Part shown: positions 63,424-64,000 of the stretch, in pieces
How the letters are laid out: every line of letters starts with the position of its first letter
Numbering within the stretch: the first letter of the stretch is position 1
DNA from: Eledone cirrhosa
Taxonomy: Eukaryota
Reading direction: 5' to 3'
Assembly: GCA_964016885.1 (NCBI GenBank)
Contig: OZ024757.1
Coordinates: 39,494,001 to 39,558,000 of the forward strand
Length of the DNA: 64,000 nt
The notes under the pieces: generated by a model
The model's database searches: none
The model's input: the letters and a program-made list of their open reading frames with translations, nothing else
Told to the model about the DNA's origin: nothing
Translations under genes and position numbers: made by a program

Positions 63424-64000
63424 GGGTGGGGTTTCAGCTGCATTTCTCCATCGTAAATTATTCCCAGTGGATATTTCTATGGTAAAATATATCTAAATAC
63501 GTGTTAAACATCTGTTGTATCCAGCACATACATGTATTCTTTTTTCTTTCCCTCTATTTCGGAATAAAAAGAATATTTTGAATTAGTCACGATTATATCT
63601 CGCCTTTAGAACACAAATATATTTTTACTATTCACATATAAGTTGACAATAAATTTTGTTTGTTATTTTAAGGCTGCAATGCCCAGTAAGCAAGTAGAAT
63701 ATTTATCTTGTGCAAATATAGCAACGTAACAAATATCTCTCTCTATATATACACACCCGACAAAAAATACAAGAACAGCGATAACCGTATGCTTAAGGAT
63801 AGATTGAAGCATGGGGTAAAGGGGTAGGATTAGAGAAACAATTGTTCAGTCCTATGACGTGGCTTTTTGGGTCAAGTAAGTTTGCCCTAACCTAATATCA
63901 GTTAGTATATGGTTGGATGCTTGGCTTGAGAAGCTAATAATTACCAAGGGACAGGATTGTGACAGAAAACAACCTTGCTAAGGACAGCAAGGATTCTAAG

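Overview
AT-rich, microsatellite-saturated non-coding animal DNA. The SINE complement resembles octopus/cephalopod repeats; this is recognised from memory, not from a search. No host protein-coding gene can be supported: almost all listed ORFs are translations of (TA)n/(CA)n/(GA)n/(CTT)n tracts. Recognisable coding remnants are 3' fragments of non-LTR retrotransposons: an R4/Dong-type restriction-like endonuclease in (TAA)n, and RTE-type C-termini ending in (TA)n. The main signal is a dense population of small non-coding elements (about 0.1-1.5 kb, many unrelated families) inserted in (TA)n tracts. They carry minimal type I hammerhead ribozymes (CTGANGA-stem II-GAAA-short, usually palindromic helix III-NUH). 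They are built as an inverted arm plus a sense copy with a 3' tail, and many share a bulged RCTC...GAGY tail hairpin. Three of them show circularly permuted 450-520 bp monomers. This fits a (TA)n-targeting, Penelope-like-element-mobilised, retrozyme-like (possibly circular RNA) system. All folds and alignments were done by eye.
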